From: the human T2T-CHM13v2.0 reference genome, Homo sapiens
Direction: 5' to 3' (one strand)
DNA length: 64,000 bases
Assembly (NCBI RefSeq): GCF_009914755.1
Contig: NC_060937.1
The notes beneath the pieces are model-generated. The model was not told where the DNA came from, ran no database searches, and was given only the letters and a program-made list of their open reading frames with translations. The position numbers and the translations under genes are program-made. Position 1 is the stretch's first letter. Every line of letters starts with the position of its first letter. Below are positions 60,495 to 64,000 of this stretch, piece by piece.

Positions 60495-62157
60495 TCTAGA
60501 GAGAAACAAAATTAAGTTTCTTGCTACTATTTATTTCAATCAATTTGTTTTTGTACTTACAGCAATTTTTAGTACTTGTATTTTGGTTCTATATTATCTC
60601 ATGCTCAAAAATTCATTGTGGCATTCACTTTCCATCATTTTTAAATGACAGTATTTATCCAAGTTATTTATATTTTGCAATAATATTTAACCTTGCCTGA
60701 TGCCTGTATTGTCAACTGTTGATTTCTTTGTTTGCATCTCTCAAGATATATCTTCACTTGTACTTTTAGAGCCAACTTGTTATGATTGCATCTTTTTCTA
60801 CATACTTTTTAAAATTTAATGTGATATAAGGTGAATTTATATCCCATTTAACTATAAATACTCTTCTTAATCTTAAGCCCTTCATTTTATTTTATGTTTT
60901 TCTTTGTAACTATCTTTTCCTCTATAAGATGTGTGTGCGTGTGTGTCTGTGTGTGACAGAGAGAGAGAGAATGCTAGGCTACAGCTACAGACTGCAGAAA
61001 CCACTCTAGATAGTTCAAATAGAAGGGGATTTACTACCAGCTAGGTCAATGGTTTGTGAAATTGTTGGTAGGGTTGGAAGAGCAGGATTTGGGCAGAGTT
61101 CTTTGCTCCTAGGATTGCACTCATCTGTGATTGTGATTGAGAAACCTGTGATGATTTCTGCAGAGAAATACTGAAACACAAAGATATGACCATGGCACTC
61201 ACTTTGTCACAGTCTGGAAAACTGCCATTCCCACTGTGGCCAGTGGTTTTTCCTGGGCCACATTACTTCCACTGTGATCTCCATCTGAAAATGGATGCCT
61301 CATACTCCACCTCCTTCTTACTCACTTCCACATTTCTCAGTGAATGCATACGTTTAGTAGATCCTAAAACACACCTGAAGCCCTCGTACATGGAAGTCTG
61401 GGAAATGAAGATTTTAGCTGTTTTTTTCTCTGCAATCTAGGGAGGCATTTAAAAATAAACGTTGAGCAAATCAATCCACCATATCCATCATCTTGTGTTC
61501 TTCCCTATTTTACATAACATGCATGGCTTTGAATAATTATCTCATTTTAAATAGTACACATAAATATCTATTTCTTGACTTATAAATATTAATTGGAATC
61601 TATTATCCCTCAAGTATGAAATATAAAGTATCTAACTCACTCTGTTTTCTCCAAAATAGAAAAAAATGAGGCAATGAGCTCACTTCCATTTTCCTGTTTC
61701 CCCCATTTTTCTCATAATTTATATTAATCATATTACTATTTTTGAATGATCAAGGTTTATGACACTTAAATTCTATCCTATAACTGTAATTCACCCGGTG
61801 ATTGGTATGAGTCATACACTTTTACAGATTTAATTATACCGACGGTCTTTCCATACTATGGCTTTTCCACCTCTGACTTTAATTGCAGATATCCATGTTT
61901 GGCTGTATTTAATTAACAAATACGCCTACCTTGTGGCATATTTGTAAAAATTTAAAATAATGTATTAAATGTCTCATGTATGATAGCTGCTCAATAAAAG
62001 GCCATTTTATATGGCCTTACTCTTATTAATAAAGAAAAATAAAATGACAAAATTGAGAATGTAAATAAGATAAAGATAGAATAGTATTCATAGCACATGG
62101 TAAATAATGAATAGATTTTGTACTTAATTTTCTTTGAGCATCAATAATGTTAGATTT

Positions 62158-63955
62158 GAGGAGGAGGCTGAGCAAGATGGTAGAATAGAAGGCTGCACTG
62201 ATCATTCCCTCTTGCAAGGGCAGCAATTTAACACCTACATACAAAAAGCGCCTTCATAAGACCTCAAAATCAGGTAAGCACTCACAGTATCTGGTTTTTA
62301 ACTTCATATCACTGAGAGAGACACTGAAGAGGTAGAAAAAACAGTCTCGAATCGCTGATGCCATCCCTCCCCCACCCATAGCAGCAGTGGCATGGTGCAG
62401 AGTATTTCTGTGGTCTCGGAGAGGGAGAGTGCAGCAAATGGGAGGCATTAAACTCAGTGCTGTTCTGTTATAACAGGAAGGAAAACCAGAACAAACTTAG
62501 CTGATGCCCACCCATGAAGGGAGCATTTAAACCAGCCCTAGCCAGAGTGGAATCACCAATCACAGAGGTGGGAACTTGACGTCCCACAAACCACACCACC
62601 ACGGGCTAAAGTGCTCTGGGGCTGCCAATAAACTTGAAAGGCAGAGTAGGCCACAAGGACTGCAACTTTTAGGAGAGTCCTAGTGCTGAACTGGGCACAG
62701 AGACAGTAGACAGGGGTTGGGGGGAGGGCATGCTGAGACACCAGCCAGGACAGCCAAAAGAGTGCTGCCATCACCACTCCCATAACCGCAGGATGCACAG
62801 CTCACAACTGTAAAAGAGATGCCCCTGCTTTCTGCTTGAGGATAGAAGAGGGAAGAGTGGGGAGGACATTTGTCTTAAACATGGATAGTAGCTCAGCCAC
62901 ATCAGGATAGGACACTGGTCAGTATTAGGAGGCCCCCTTCCCAGCCCTAAATCTTGTATGACATTACTAGACACATCCCCCTGGGCCAGAAGGGAACCTA
63001 CTGTCTTGAAGGGAAGGACCCAGTCCTGGCAGCATTCATCACCTGCTAACTGAAGGGCCCTTAGACCCTGAATAACCAGCAGTGATACCCAGGTACTATG
63101 TCGAAGGCCTTGGGTGAGACCTGACATTTACTGGCTTCAGAGGAGGCTCAGCAATTCCTGCTGGGGTGGCTGCAGGAAGAGACTCCTTCTGCTTGAGAAA
63201 AACAGAAGGAAGAGTTAGAGACTTTGTCTTGCACCTTAGGTACCAGCTCAGCCACAGGGAGTAAAATACCAAGCAAGCTCTTTGGGTCCCAAATTCTAGG
63301 ACTTGGCCCTTGGATGGCATTTCTGGACCTGCTCTGGGCAGAGGGGAGCCCACTGCCCTAAAGGGTGGGTTCCAGGCCAAGCAGCATTCACCACAAGCTG
63401 ACGAAACAACCCTCATGCTTTAACGGAAAATTGGCAGTAGTCTGGCAGTACCGTCCATGGGCCTGTGGTGGTGATGGCCACAAGGTGAGGCTCCTCTGCC
63501 TTTGGAAAGAGGAGGGAAGAGAGGGAAGGATTGTGTCTTCTGGTTTGAGCGCCAGCTCAGCCACAGTACAATAGCATACCAGGTATACTTCTAAGGTTTC
63601 TGACTCTAGTCTCTGGCTCCTGGACAGCATCTCTGGACCTGCCCAGGGCTTGGGGAACTTGCCACTCTGAAGGAAAGAATACAGGCCTGGCTGGCTTTGC
63701 TACTTAGTGAGTATAGAGCCCCAGGGCCTTAAGTGAAAATAGGTAATGGCCAGGGAGTGGTTACAGCAGGCCTTGGATAAGATCCAGGGCTTTGCTTACT
63801 TCAGGTCTGACCCAGCACAGACATAGAAGTGGTGACCACAGGAGTGCTTATGTCACTTAATTCTCAGCTTCTGATGGCTCAGGACAGAGAGAGACCCCAT
63901 TTGTTTGGGACAAAGTAAGGAAAGAGAACAAGGGTCTCTGCCTGGTAATCCAGCG
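62158..63955 (+). mobile_element. L1 5'UTR region of an L1MA/L1PB-era element; continues to the window end
   Basis: Starts gaggaggaggctgagcaagatgg (YY1-like). Internal repeats gtcttg...ccagctcagccac and catttctggacctgc; aagggtctctgcctggtaatccag. Confidence 0.85.
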
Positions 63956-64000
63956 AGAAGAGAAAGAGATAGGGGTGGAAAGTTTATTAAAATGGATAAT

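Noticed and set aside
62254-63630. Cluster of ORFs in moderately GC-rich DNA
   Set aside because: They lie within an old L1 5'UTR.

Overview
Primate (human or ape-like) genomic DNA. It is AT-rich, CpG-poor and repeat-dense, which is typical of intergenic or deep intronic sequence. I recognise no protein-coding gene, tRNA, rRNA or CRISPR array. Nearly all listed ORFs are chance ORFs or lie within Alu, L1, LTR or microsatellite sequence. The window holds seven Alu/FLAM copies, many L1 fragments (two with twin-priming inversions), a two-LTR THE1 provirus, solo LTRs (THE1, ERV1, LTR12, MLT1), L2/MIR relics and DNA transposons (MER5A, Tigger3, MER58). The most notable observations are: (1) a decayed but collinear reverse-transcriptase relic at ~50.3-50.85 kb resembling I/Nimb-group LINEs rather than L1; (2) a possible PNMA/Gypsy-gag-like relic at ~36.4-37.0 kb; (3) a perfect 33-bp inverted repeat around a microsatellite at ~20.85-20.98 kb; (4) a ~98-bp antisense L1 patch inside another L1; (5) a CpG-rich LTR12 promoter in which a GATA site appears to have become a splice donor; (6) several minus-strand exon-like segments. 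Repeat family names are by-eye comparisons to consensus sequences recalled from memory, and boundaries of old repeats are approximate. I see no convincing evidence of a wholly new biological system.
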